From Bacteroidia bacterium (GTDB taxonomy: Bacteria; Bacteroidota; Bacteroidia; Bacteroidales; GWA2-32-17), in contig JACREQ010000012.1 in the NCBI GenBank assembly GCA_016218155.1, positions 15,064-79,063 on the forward strand: a DNA stretch of 64,000 nt, written 5' to 3'. Positions 9,555-19,241 of this stretch are shown here, in pieces (position 1 is the first letter of the stretch; every line of letters starts with the position of its first letter). The translations under genes and the position numbers were made by a program. The notes under the pieces are model-generated. The model did no database searches. It had not been told where the DNA came from and saw nothing but the letters and a program-made list of their open reading frames with translations.

Positions 9555-11600
9555 TTACAAGTTTTTCTTAATGAGTTTTTTTGTGATAATATTTTTACCA
9601 TCATCAATTTTAATAAGAAAAGTGCCATCTGTTAGTAGTTTTGTATTTATTTTGGATTTATTTTGAATTATTTTTTTAACAAATAGCAATTTCCCATTCA
9701 TGCTATAAAACGAACAATTTGTTTTTTTTAAATCAAAACCTTCGCAATCTATTTCTATATAATCATTTACAGGATTAGGAAAAAACGAAAACATTACTGG
9801 TAATTGATTTATTTTTTCAATGGAATTATTTGTAATGTTCAATGCGAATGATTTAATAGTAATTACATTTGTTCCAGAAACTCCAATGTTTATCCATCCG
9901 TAAAGAGTGTCATTGTTTTTAAAAATTCTGACTCCAATAAAACCATCATTTATGTTAGCCCAATTTCCATAGCTCATATAATAAGAAGAAATGCTCCAGA
10001 AATGACCGCTAAGGTAGCCAGTTCCACTATTCCAATTTTGTTCATTAAAGAGTAGCTCCTTTTGATAAAGAACTGGAAGGTTTAGGTTAGATGAATTATT
10101 AGTCAAAAATTGATTTCCATTTAAAGAAACAATATATAAATGGGAATAATTTCCACCAAGACCACCACCATAAAATGTTTCAAAATAAAAGTCATTTATA
10201 CCGTCATGATTTAAATCTATATAATAATAAATAGATGGACCATAGCCACTTCCAATAGTTGTGTCTGGGATAATATCTGTATAATTGCAATCTGTTGTTG
10301 TGCCAGTAGTAAATATATTAGGAGATTGAAGCATAAATAAATTTGAAGGCAAAGAAATAGATGGATAATCTGTATTAATTGAATCAGGAACTGTCATAAT
10401 GAAAAAACGATATAACTCATTATTTTGAACTGGAGCTCCTTGTACGTCATATAAAAGAGAAGGTAAGTTTAAACATGGATTTAATTGAGTATAATTAAAA
10501 TCATAATATGAAGTAGTAGATACCATCATTGCATTTTCTATTGAGAATGAATCAACTAATGAATCGTTTACAATAAAAAGTCTGTAATTTTTTATACATG
10601 TTTCACAACTTACTCGAGAAAAACAAATATTAATATCATTACTATTATTATTATTTCCTATGTCCTCAACTACAATATTAGTTGCAGTTTGAGTTACAGA
10701 GCGTAGTTCAATTGCTGAAGAAGGTGATGATAATGCATAACTTGTAGTGAAAATTCCATCTGGAACAGATAATACAAATACTTTATAAGGTTTAAGGTCT
10801 GAAATGAAATCTCCTTTAGTGTCCCTTGTTATGGTTCCGAAAATAAATGTTGTGTCTGTTCCTCCAGGGATAATAGATTTGTAAGATGATGGCTGAACTA
10901 TAATAGCAGAGTCAAGATTAAATGTATTTGCAAAGATAGAAGGAACTACAATAATCCGGTAAGATGAAACAAAAGATTCATCTATTGCTTTTTCTAATGT
11001 TATTGATAAATCATCACCAGTCATTTCATTTCCAATATCAGCAACAGAAATGTTTTTTACAGCATGATTAATACCTTGTCCTGCAAAAATATTTGAATTG
11101 GCTACAGTCTCAAATGCATAATCATGGACAGTAATAAAAGATAAGTCAACTGGAATAGATAGTCGAATATATCCATATAAAGTGTCTGACCCAATAATGT
11201 TCCTTACGCCTAAAAATTTATCATCTTTCCCATTTGCCCAGTTTCCTGAATACGAAATATAATATTGAACTAGACTAATGCTACCACTATTCCAAGTTGA
11301 ATTGTTACTAATGGTATCATAAAGATTATATACTTTTCCAAAGCCACCAATCATTGAAAAAGAAATGTCATTGCTATAACTTATAACGCCAATTTTATAT
11401 GATGGCGGAGGAGATGTAGATGTTACTATATCAAAAAAACCTATATCATAAGTCAAATCTCCATTTAAGTCAATTTTAAAAGTATCTGGTTGGCTTGAAC
11501 GATTAACAGTTTTATCTGGTATAATATCTTGAAAGTTAATCTGAGCAATAGTTAGTATTGGTAAGAGAATACTTAACAAAATAAAAAATAAAAGTTTCAT
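9555..11600 (-). CDS. T9SS type-A cargo protein with internal A-B-B-A repeats
   Basis: Signal peptide; C-terminal FPNPVND...GTFLIKI...KKLIKK sorting domain; duplicated DIIPD..IDLN.D..GNWAN..DTLYG and DIGN...D..I..YR modules. Confidence 0.8.
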   Translation of the reverse strand: MKLLFFILLSILLPILTIAQINFQDIIPDKTVNRSSQPDTFKIDLNGDLTYDIGFFDIVTSTSPPPSYKIGVISYSNDISFSMIGGFGKVYNLYDTISNNSTWNSGSISLVQYYISYSGNWANGKDDKFLGVRNIIGSDTLYGYIRLSIPVDLSFITVHDYAFETVANSNIFAGQGINHAVKNISVADIGNEMTGDDLSITLEKAIDESFVSSYRIIVVPSIFANTFNLDSAIIVQPSSYKSIIPGGTDTTFIFGTITRDTKGDFISDLKPYKVFVLSVPDGIFTTSYALSSPSSAIELRSVTQTATNIVVEDIGNNNNSNDINICFSRVSCETCIKNYRLFIVNDSLVDSFSIENAMMVSTTSYYDFNYTQLNPCLNLPSLLYDVQGAPVQNNELYRFFIMTVPDSINTDYPSISLPSNLFMLQSPNIFTTGTTTDCNYTDIIPDTTIGSGYGPSIYYYIDLNHDGINDFYFETFYGGGLGGNYSHLYIVSLNGNQFLTNNSSNLNLPVLYQKELLFNEQNWNSGTGYLSGHFWSISSYYMSYGNWANINDGFIGVRIFKNNDTLYGWINIGVSGTNVITIKSFALNITNNSIEKINQLPVMFSFFPNPVNDYIEIDCEGFDLKKTNCSFYSMNGKLLFVKKIIQNKSKINTKLLTDGTFLIKIDDGKNIITKKLIKKNL

Positions 11601-11645
11601 AATAACGTGTATAAATAATAAAATCTATTATATTTTCTGTTTAGA

Positions 11646-11653
11646 CAAATTTA
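11646..11653 (-). promoter_or_regulatory. Putative -7 promoter box for the T9SS cargo gene
   Basis: TAAATTTG on the minus strand upstream of the ATG at 11600. Confidence 0.5.
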
Positions 11654-11737
11654 CAATAAAATAAGTTGCATCCAATTTAATATTTTCTATAATTTGTAAA
11701 ATACAGATTTGTTATATTTTTCGTAGTGTTAAGAATA

Positions 11738-11763
11738 TTATTCAATTAACACAAATGCACCCC
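11738..11763 (-). pseudogene. 26-bp relic of a second CHAT-gene 3' end (GAFVLIE*)
   Basis: 22/26 identical to 11788-11813; all four differences are synonymous third positions. Confidence 0.75.
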
Positions 11764-11764
11764 T

Positions 11765-11784
11765 CCTTCGTCAGGCTCAGGATG
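11765..11784. repeat. REP-like interspersed repeat (CCTTCG.CA.GCTCAGGATG type)
   Basis: CCTTCGTCAGGCTCAGGATG, GC-rich in AT-rich DNA; related sequence at 39476-39523. Confidence 0.7.
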
Positions 11785-11787
11785 GGT

Positions 11788-14700
11788 TTACTCTATTAAC
11801 ACAAAGGCTCCCCAGTAATATGGATCATATTTTTGTTGCATTTCTTTTTGAGTTTCATTAAAAGATTTGCGAATATCTTTTATCTTTAATAGTTTAGTGT
11901 AAAAGGTAGTCATAAATTCTTCTGTTTCTTTATCGGGAACCTGCCATAAGCTCATTATAATATATTTTACACCTGCAATTTTAAATGCTCTTTGTAGACC
12001 ATAAACTCCTTCGCTACCTTTAATGTCACCAAGTCCGGTTTCACATGCTGACATAACTAAAAGCTTAGTGTTTTTCAGATTCAAATTGGAAACTTCATAA
12101 GCAGTAAGAACTCCATCCTCACCTTCAATAATTGATTTTGTCCACACATCGTTTGCTCTTGCAAGAGCTAGCCCGGAGCGCATTAATGGGTTTGTGTTTT
12201 TAACAAAGTTTTCAATTCCGTTACCTCCACCTCTGAAAGCAATATCGCCAACTTCTGATTTTTCTTCTTTTTTAGCATTTATTTCTTTTGGGTCGGGATA
12301 AAAGAAGCCATGAGTAGCAATGTGCAAAATAGTTGGGGAATTGCTCCCGTCTAATGACTTGAAATTTTCTTCGCTTGCAAGTAACCCTGAATATTCTTTT
12401 GTACTCACTTTATTATCGCTAAAAATTTTATTTATTTTATTTGCTTCCTGTTTAGTGCCTTCGAGATATTTCCATATTTCCTGTTCCCCATTTTCTGAGC
12501 TGTACTGTGCACCTCCAAAAACACATAAATTAAGGTTATTAGAGTTTAAATTATTCTCAGATTGTTCTGTTATAATATTTGTTGAAGCAATTGAATTTAA
12601 AGCATATTTTTCAGATAAGAACTTATTTTCTGACGTTATTATTGAGGAGAAAGAAATCTTATGTAATAATCCTGTTGGTGAGTAATAAACTGTGTTTATA
12701 CCAGAAAGTAATGAGTCAATCGGTTTCCAAATTATGTTGTAAAGATTTCTATTCCCATTTTTAGTGGTACCATAAATTTTTGAAATATAATCGAAATTAT
12801 TTCCACCAAATTCACCTAAAATATTTTCCAATTCTTTAGCTTCAAATAGGGGAATAACTATCGGTGACTGACTTATTGATAGTATCATTAAGGCACAATA
12901 ATTATCGCTATATGAATTATTATTTTCAAGTTTTTTGTAATGGACAAATTCAATTGCAGCTTCGTTTCTGTTTAATCGTTTTTTTATATTTACCCAATCC
13001 TGTTTAAAAAGATCATTGCTTTGTTTTAATTCGTTTGATTTTACAACAAGTTCTTTCTCGAGAATATTTGATTGTTCTTCAAGTGAGTCAGTGTTCTCAA
13101 ACTGACTGGCTTTTGGTAAAGAGTATAGTTTAGCGAGTTGTTGTTTTATTCCAATCCAATTATTGTACTTTGTTATTAAATCGTTGTCATTACTGCTAAG
13201 AACAACGTTTTTAATTTTTGTTGAAGATTTTAGCAGAATCCCTTTACTTATTAGTTCATTGTTATATAAAATTCCTGTAATTGACAGGTTAAATATTTTG
13301 TTTTTTGTTGCAAATGCAGTGAACATATCTTTATAATTTGAAACTGATTTTAAATAATTTGATTTTTCTTCTTCTGACAAATAAGAGAAGTTATTTTTAA
13401 TCAGCTCATAATTTAATTCTAACGATTTTTTATAATATGATTCGGCATCTTTATAGTTACCTGAACATTCATAAATATATGCCAGACTAGACATTGTTTC
13501 AGAGCATACAGGATTATTTTCTCCGAATGCCGATTGTTTTAGTTTTAAGGATTTTAAACAATATTCTTCAGCTTTATCAAGCTTTTGTGCGCCATTGTAA
13601 AGCAAAGCTAAATTGTGATATGATACAGCAAGGTTTGGATAATTTTCACCGAAAATATTTTTCTCGATTTCTATTGACTTTAAATATAATGGTTCGGCTT
13701 TATCGTATTTTCCAGTATTCCTGTATAATTCAGCTAAATTATTTAAGTGAAGAGCATAATCCGGATTATCCGTACCTAATGTTAAACTATCAATTATTAC
13801 TGATTTTGAAAAATAATCTGCTGCTTTAGTTGTAAGTTCACTGGCTTCCTTTTCGTTTTCAGTATTAATCGCTTTTGCTAAATATAATGTCCCCAGATTA
13901 TTTAAAGCTGTTGAGTAGTTTGTGTTTTTTTCGCCATATAGTTTCTTGTATTTTTCAAGAGCTTCAAGGTAATATTTTTCTGTTTTGTCATAACTTCCGG
14001 TTTCGTAATAAAATACACCAAGACTTAATATTGCAGTTACATAATTAGGATGTTCTGTTCCTAATTTTTCTTTTGTAATTCTTACAGCTTCTAAAAGGTA
14101 TTCTTCTGCTAATTTATTATTACCTTTCTTCATCATAGTATTAGCAAGATTACTAAGCATATTTACATTGTCCGGATGATCTTTACCAAATGCATTATAC
14201 TCAATATTCAATGACTTTTTTAATACTTCTTCTGATTTATCATAGTTGCCGGATTGAAAATAGAATAATCCTAAATTATTTAAAAATGTTGCATATTCAG
14301 GATGCATGTCACCGTATATTTTTTCGAAAATGTTTTTACATTTGTTATAGTTTTCTTCTGCAAGTTGGAAATTGCCAATAGTGCTATATAAACCTGCAAT
14401 GCTATTAAGTGTATTTGCATATGAAGCATGATTCTCACCAACTGCATTTTTCTGAATCTCTAAAGCTTTTTTTAATAATATTTGTGCAACTTGATATTCA
14501 CCTTTTGCAATTTTTATATTTGCCAGATTGTATATAGCAACTGCATAATCGGCATGATTTTCCCCTTGAGTTTCCTTTCTTAATGTTACAGTCTTTTCTA
14601 AATGTATTTCTGCAGAATCTAATTCTCCTTTTTGCTCATAAAGCAGTCCAAGATTATTTAATGAAGTAATGTAAGCATCATATTTTTCGCCGTAAATAGA

Positions 14701-15858
14701 TTTCTGAATCTCCAATGCCTTTTTAGATAAGTTAATTGCTTCCTTATACTTTCCATTTGACGAATAAATGGAAACCATATTATTTAGGGCAATTGCATAA
14801 TTGGGATTTGATTCACCATATATTTTTTTATAAATGTCAAGTGCCTCTGTTAACAGACTTTCTGATTCTGTATATTTTCCCATATTATCATATAATACAG
14901 CAAAGTTTGAAAGTGTTAAAGCATAAAAATTGCTTTCTTTTTTATATACTTTTTCTTTTACTTTTAAACATTGTTTATATAAATCTTCAGCTTGATTATT
15001 TTTGCCTTGTTTTTCATAAACTACTGCGAGATTATTTAGCGAAGTGGCATAATCAGCAGTATTCTTACCATAGAATTTTTCACATAGTTGAACAAATTCA
15101 AAATATACCTTTTCTGATTTTTCAAACATGCCTGCTTTTAAATAAAATTCACCAAGACTGTTAAGTGTTACAATATAGTTTTGTGATAATTTGCCATAAG
15201 CTTTTTCCATTAATTCAATTGCATGAGTATAGAATGGTTCTGCTTTTTCATACATGCCATGTGCAAAATAAAATGGAGCAATAGTATTTACAGTTGCCAT
15301 ATACATTGAATCAGTCTCGGCATAGTTGTTTTTTACAACTTCATAAACATCTTCATAAATTTGTTGTGCTTTGTCATAACTCCCTGCAATATTATAGATA
15401 TTAGCTTGCTGATTAGCTGTATTTATATAATCCATAGAGTTTTTTGTCTGGTCTTTTATGATATAATTTATAACTTCTTCCATTAAAGGATAAGCCATTG
15501 AATATTTTCCTATATATGTGTAATTAATTGCCAGATTATATGTAACCAAAATATAATTATAATTGTTTATACCGTAAATTAATTTGCACAATGTTTGGGT
15601 TTCTTTATATGCTTCTACTGCTTTATTGTAATCCTGAATACTATAATATGCAAATGCCATATATCTTAATACACTAACATAATTACTATCTTTTACACCA
15701 ATTTCAGTTAATGTTTGATTTCCTGCTTTTATAGCTTCTTCAAATTTTTGTTCCTGATATGCTTGTGCGAATTTCTCGTATGATGCTTGCCATGATTGAG
15801 AGAAGCAATTAATGAATGAGAAGAATAAGATAAAACTTAAGATTGTTTTTGTCTTCAT
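11788..15858 (-). CDS. Exported TPR-CHAT (caspase-like, clan CD) protease
   Basis: Signal peptide; more than a dozen ~42-aa TPRs (YATSLNNLA..Y...G.Y.KAE); CHAT domain with ILHIATHGFF (His), LVMSACETG (Cys), SLWQVPD and PYYWGAFVL. Confidence 0.92.
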   Translation of the reverse strand: MKTKTILSFILFFSFINCFSQSWQASYEKFAQAYQEQKFEEAIKAGNQTLTEIGVKDSNYVSVLRYMAFAYYSIQDYNKAVEAYKETQTLCKLIYGINNYNYILVTYNLAINYTYIGKYSMAYPLMEEVINYIIKDQTKNSMDYINTANQQANIYNIAGSYDKAQQIYEDVYEVVKNNYAETDSMYMATVNTIAPFYFAHGMYEKAEPFYTHAIELMEKAYGKLSQNYIVTLNSLGEFYLKAGMFEKSEKVYFEFVQLCEKFYGKNTADYATSLNNLAVVYEKQGKNNQAEDLYKQCLKVKEKVYKKESNFYALTLSNFAVLYDNMGKYTESESLLTEALDIYKKIYGESNPNYAIALNNMVSIYSSNGKYKEAINLSKKALEIQKSIYGEKYDAYITSLNNLGLLYEQKGELDSAEIHLEKTVTLRKETQGENHADYAVAIYNLANIKIAKGEYQVAQILLKKALEIQKNAVGENHASYANTLNSIAGLYSTIGNFQLAEENYNKCKNIFEKIYGDMHPEYATFLNNLGLFYFQSGNYDKSEEVLKKSLNIEYNAFGKDHPDNVNMLSNLANTMMKKGNNKLAEEYLLEAVRITKEKLGTEHPNYVTAILSLGVFYYETGSYDKTEKYYLEALEKYKKLYGEKNTNYSTALNNLGTLYLAKAINTENEKEASELTTKAADYFSKSVIIDSLTLGTDNPDYALHLNNLAELYRNTGKYDKAEPLYLKSIEIEKNIFGENYPNLAVSYHNLALLYNGAQKLDKAEEYCLKSLKLKQSAFGENNPVCSETMSSLAYIYECSGNYKDAESYYKKSLELNYELIKNNFSYLSEEEKSNYLKSVSNYKDMFTAFATKNKIFNLSITGILYNNELISKGILLKSSTKIKNVVLSSNDNDLITKYNNWIGIKQQLAKLYSLPKASQFENTDSLEEQSNILEKELVVKSNELKQSNDLFKQDWVNIKKRLNRNEAAIEFVHYKKLENNNSYSDNYCALMILSISQSPIVIPLFEAKELENILGEFGGNNFDYISKIYGTTKNGNRNLYNIIWKPIDSLLSGINTVYYSPTGLLHKISFSSIITSENKFLSEKYALNSIASTNIITEQSENNLNSNNLNLCVFGGAQYSSENGEQEIWKYLEGTKQEANKINKIFSDNKVSTKEYSGLLASEENFKSLDGSNSPTILHIATHGFFYPDPKEINAKKEEKSEVGDIAFRGGGNGIENFVKNTNPLMRSGLALARANDVWTKSIIEGEDGVLTAYEVSNLNLKNTKLLVMSACETGLGDIKGSEGVYGLQRAFKIAGVKYIIMSLWQVPDKETEEFMTTFYTKLLKIKDIRKSFNETQKEMQQKYDPYYWGAFVLIE

Positions 15859-15963
15859 TGATTGTTTATATGTCAGTTATCGCTTGTTATAAATAGTGTA
15901 AGTTATAAATTAATATATGGGAATGGGAACTGCTCACTGTTTTACTAATTACTGACAAATTTT

Positions 15964-18900
15964 TTAAATTTTCACTCCCATAACACAAATATCGTCAATT
16001 TGCTCATGTGGTTTTCCGTTTTCAGGATTTTGAAAATCAATCCAATTATTAATTGTTTCTTCAATTCTATTTTTTTGTTCTTCAATATCATATTTGCATG
16101 TTTCAATTAATACATTTTTAAAAGATTTATACATAAATTTCTTTCCTTTTGGTCCGCCAAACTGATCAGCAAATCCGTCTGAAAAAAGAAATATTCTGTC
16201 GTCTTTTATTAATTGTATTTTATGTTTTTTAAATGACTCCATATTTACATGAATAGCTATAGGCATCGAATCTGCTTTAATTTCATATAAGTTAAGATTT
16301 TCTAAATCCTGCTGTTTATCACATTGTATTGGTTCTTTATCTTTTGCCCTTACTATATAAAGTGGATTGTTTGCTCCGGAATATTGAAGTTCTAATGTTT
16401 CTTTATTAATAATGCAAAGTGTTATATCCATTCCATCCTTTTGTTCACCGGAAAGTCCTTTTTGTTTAAGTGAACTCATTATTAAAAGTCTTAACTTATT
16501 TAGGATTTCTTCTGATTGAGTTATTTCTTCTTTAAGAACTACTTCATTTAAGAATGAAATGCACAGCATAGACATAAAAGCACCAGGAACGCCATGACCT
16601 GTACAATCAGCAACACAAAAGAATACATTGTTTTTTAGTTTTGTAGTCCAATAAAAATCACCGCTAACAATGTCTTTAGGTCTGAATAAAATAAAGTGTT
16701 CGCCTAGCCATTCTTTTGTCAATTCATCATCTGGAAGTACTGCTTTTTGAATACGAAGCGCATAATTAATTGAATCAAGAATTTCTTCTTTCTGATGAAT
16801 CAATACTATGTTTTTTTGTTTTATTTCTTGAGTTCTGTCAAGTATTATTGCTTCAAGTTTTTTATTTTTTTCAATTAAGCGACGCGAGTTTATTCTTATT
16901 CCAATATAAATAAAAACAATGAACAAGAAAATGTACAATAAATATGACCAAACTGTGCGGTACCATGGTGGCTTAATAGTAAAGCTAAATGTAGACTCTG
17001 AACTGATTTTACCATATACATTTTTTGCTTTTACTTTAAATACATAATTACCTTCCAAAAGATTATTAAAAGCAATATGATTCGAATAATTCCATTGACT
17101 ATATGCTGTATCCTGACCTATTAGGACATATGAATAGAGCATTTTATCCTGCCCCTCATAAAATGGTGAAGAAAAACTGAATTCTAGATTATTTAAATTG
17201 TAATTTAAAATAAACTGATTATTGTTTTCAACTTTGTTAAATCCGTCTAATAAAACAGAGTCATTACTACCACATGTGATATATGTTAAGATAACTTTAA
17301 AATCAGTGTAATAATTCTTTTTGTAATTTTCATTAAACATTATTAAGCCATCATCACCTCCAATCCAGCATATACTGTCTTTTTCGTGAAAAAAGATATT
17401 TGTTTTTCCAATATCTGTAATACAGAATGGAACTGTTATCCATTCAAAATTGTTTGATTTGTTGAAAAATCCTAATTCACCATCAAGATTAACATAAAGA
17501 TATTTTTTACTGTCATTTACTACATAAAATGGCAAATTTGGATGTTTTACTTCTTTGTCAATATTAAAAAAATCAAAGTATCCTCTATAAAATTCTGGTT
17601 TATCTTTTAAAGAATCCGGTAATTGATTTTTAATAGTGTTTTCGTCAACAAATTGCAATAGTCCCGATTTTTGTGAGAAAACTACTTTATTATTTATTTT
17701 ATAAGGAATAGTCCATGTGTTTTCAATTAGTCCGTCATTTGAATTATATTTGTCTATATGATATTTTAGGTCAGTATTGATTTGTAATTTTATAGCTCCT
17801 TGAAGTGAAGTTCCCATCCACAATGTAATTCCATTTTCTTCCCTTTTTTCTTCAAATCTTGTGATTTCTTCTGATATTTCAGGTAATTCAACCAATTTAT
17901 TAAATGTACCCGAATATTTGTAAATTATCAATTTATTTTTGCTTGCAACAAAAAGTAATTTTAATTTTTCTGAATAATAAATAGTGTTTACATCTAAGTC
18001 GAATAATTTTGAAATGTTATTATTATTTATTTTGAATAAGCCACTCTGAGTTCCGATCAATAAATTATTTTCTATTACACAAAGCTTTTTTACTGCTGTA
18101 TTAAAATTTTTAAAAAGATTAAATGAAGTAGCGTAATCAGCAGATTGTTCTGAGAAAAGTCCATCTGAAGTTCCTGTATAAAGAACATTGTTAAATCTTA
18201 CAATATCTGTAATTATTCCGGTAATGCCGGATTTGTTATTGAAAATTGAAACAGGAGATGAGTATTGTATTTGTGATATCCCATTGTCAAGAGGTGCCCA
18301 GATATTACCTTGGTAATCCTGTAATATCGATTGTACTCCATTTACTTTTAGTCCGTTATTTTTATTTATAACAGATATTATATTTAAATTATTATTTGTA
18401 ATTAAAATGCCATTAGATAATGTGTTTAAAGCAATATTTCCATCACTAAGTTTTATTGCACCATAAATTTCTGATGATATTAACAATGTGCTATCAATTG
18501 ATATTATTCTTTCTTTCTCACTAGATTTTATATCGTATGACCAGAATCCGTCTTCACGTGTGATTATTGTTAATTTATTGCAGTCATTATTTTCAATAAT
18601 AGAGAAAACTCCAAAATTCTTTAAAAATTCACTTCCTTTTAATAATAATAAATTATTGTTTTCTAATTTCATTAACCCAATATCTCTTTGCCTAATCAAT
18701 AATTCATTATTTACGAGAAATGACAAGTGAAATGAAGTTTCAGGAAAAATAGTAGTTAGTTTCCCTTTATCATAAATAAATAGTGCTTCTTCTGATTGAA
18801 ATACGACCTTGTTTTTTAAAATATGAATTCTGATAATTTTCGAGAATACCCTGTCTGATTCTTTTAAACTGTCTGATAAAGAAACATATTTTAATTTGCC

Positions 18901-19221
18901 GGTTAATTCTGGAGTTAAATAACCAAATTCATTTTGAGCACCTACATATATTTTATTCTCATTACTTACTGCTAAAGAGAATATCCATACACTTTCTTGT
19001 TTTACGGGAATGTAGCTCCAGTTTGAGCCATCATACTGTATTATTCTGCCGGCATTTCCAAAATATAACACTCCATTTTTATCCTGAACGCAAGCTCTGT
19101 TAGTAGCTTCAAGCCCTTTTCCGTAATCTTTGGCAGAGTAGTATTTTATTTCGTATTTAAGGTTTTGTGAAAAGCAATTAAAAACAAAAACTAAAAGGAG
19201 TAATAGTATAGTTACTTTCAT
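15964..19221 (-). CDS. Membrane sensor phosphatase: periplasmic beta-propellers + Y_Y_Y domain + TM helix + SpoIIE/PP2C domain
   Basis: Signal peptide; QDKNGVLYFG and QDYQGNIW propeller repeats; LLEGNYVFKVKAKN; KPPWY then TM helix; DIVSGDFYW, ADCTGHGVPGAFMS, DGMD, SDGFADQFGG, QIDDI. Confidence 0.92.
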   Translation of the reverse strand: MKVTILLLLLVFVFNCFSQNLKYEIKYYSAKDYGKGLEATNRACVQDKNGVLYFGNAGRIIQYDGSNWSYIPVKQESVWIFSLAVSNENKIYVGAQNEFGYLTPELTGKLKYVSLSDSLKESDRVFSKIIRIHILKNKVVFQSEEALFIYDKGKLTTIFPETSFHLSFLVNNELLIRQRDIGLMKLENNNLLLLKGSEFLKNFGVFSIIENNDCNKLTIITREDGFWSYDIKSSEKERIISIDSTLLISSEIYGAIKLSDGNIALNTLSNGILITNNNLNIISVINKNNGLKVNGVQSILQDYQGNIWAPLDNGISQIQYSSPVSIFNNKSGITGIITDIVRFNNVLYTGTSDGLFSEQSADYATSFNLFKNFNTAVKKLCVIENNLLIGTQSGLFKINNNNISKLFDLDVNTIYYSEKLKLLFVASKNKLIIYKYSGTFNKLVELPEISEEITRFEEKREENGITLWMGTSLQGAIKLQINTDLKYHIDKYNSNDGLIENTWTIPYKINNKVVFSQKSGLLQFVDENTIKNQLPDSLKDKPEFYRGYFDFFNIDKEVKHPNLPFYVVNDSKKYLYVNLDGELGFFNKSNNFEWITVPFCITDIGKTNIFFHEKDSICWIGGDDGLIMFNENYKKNYYTDFKVILTYITCGSNDSVLLDGFNKVENNNQFILNYNLNNLEFSFSSPFYEGQDKMLYSYVLIGQDTAYSQWNYSNHIAFNNLLEGNYVFKVKAKNVYGKISSESTFSFTIKPPWYRTVWSYLLYIFLFIVFIYIGIRINSRRLIEKNKKLEAIILDRTQEIKQKNIVLIHQKEEILDSINYALRIQKAVLPDDELTKEWLGEHFILFRPKDIVSGDFYWTTKLKNNVFFCVADCTGHGVPGAFMSMLCISFLNEVVLKEEITQSEEILNKLRLLIMSSLKQKGLSGEQKDGMDITLCIINKETLELQYSGANNPLYIVRAKDKEPIQCDKQQDLENLNLYEIKADSMPIAIHVNMESFKKHKIQLIKDDRIFLFSDGFADQFGGPKGKKFMYKSFKNVLIETCKYDIEEQKNRIEETINNWIDFQNPENGKPHEQIDDICVMGVKI

Positions 19222-19241
19222 ACTAATGTTTGAAGTAATTT

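Noticed and set aside
11738..11813. Diversity-generating retroelement TR/VR pair (also considered for ~47685-47740 versus ~48395-48450)
   Set aside because: Differences are synonymous rather than adenine-specific, the match is short, and no reverse transcriptase is present
11788..15858. TPR-CHAT as a Craspase-type or other anti-phage effector
   Set aside because: No cas genes, array or gasdermin-like neighbour, and the protein has an export signal peptide
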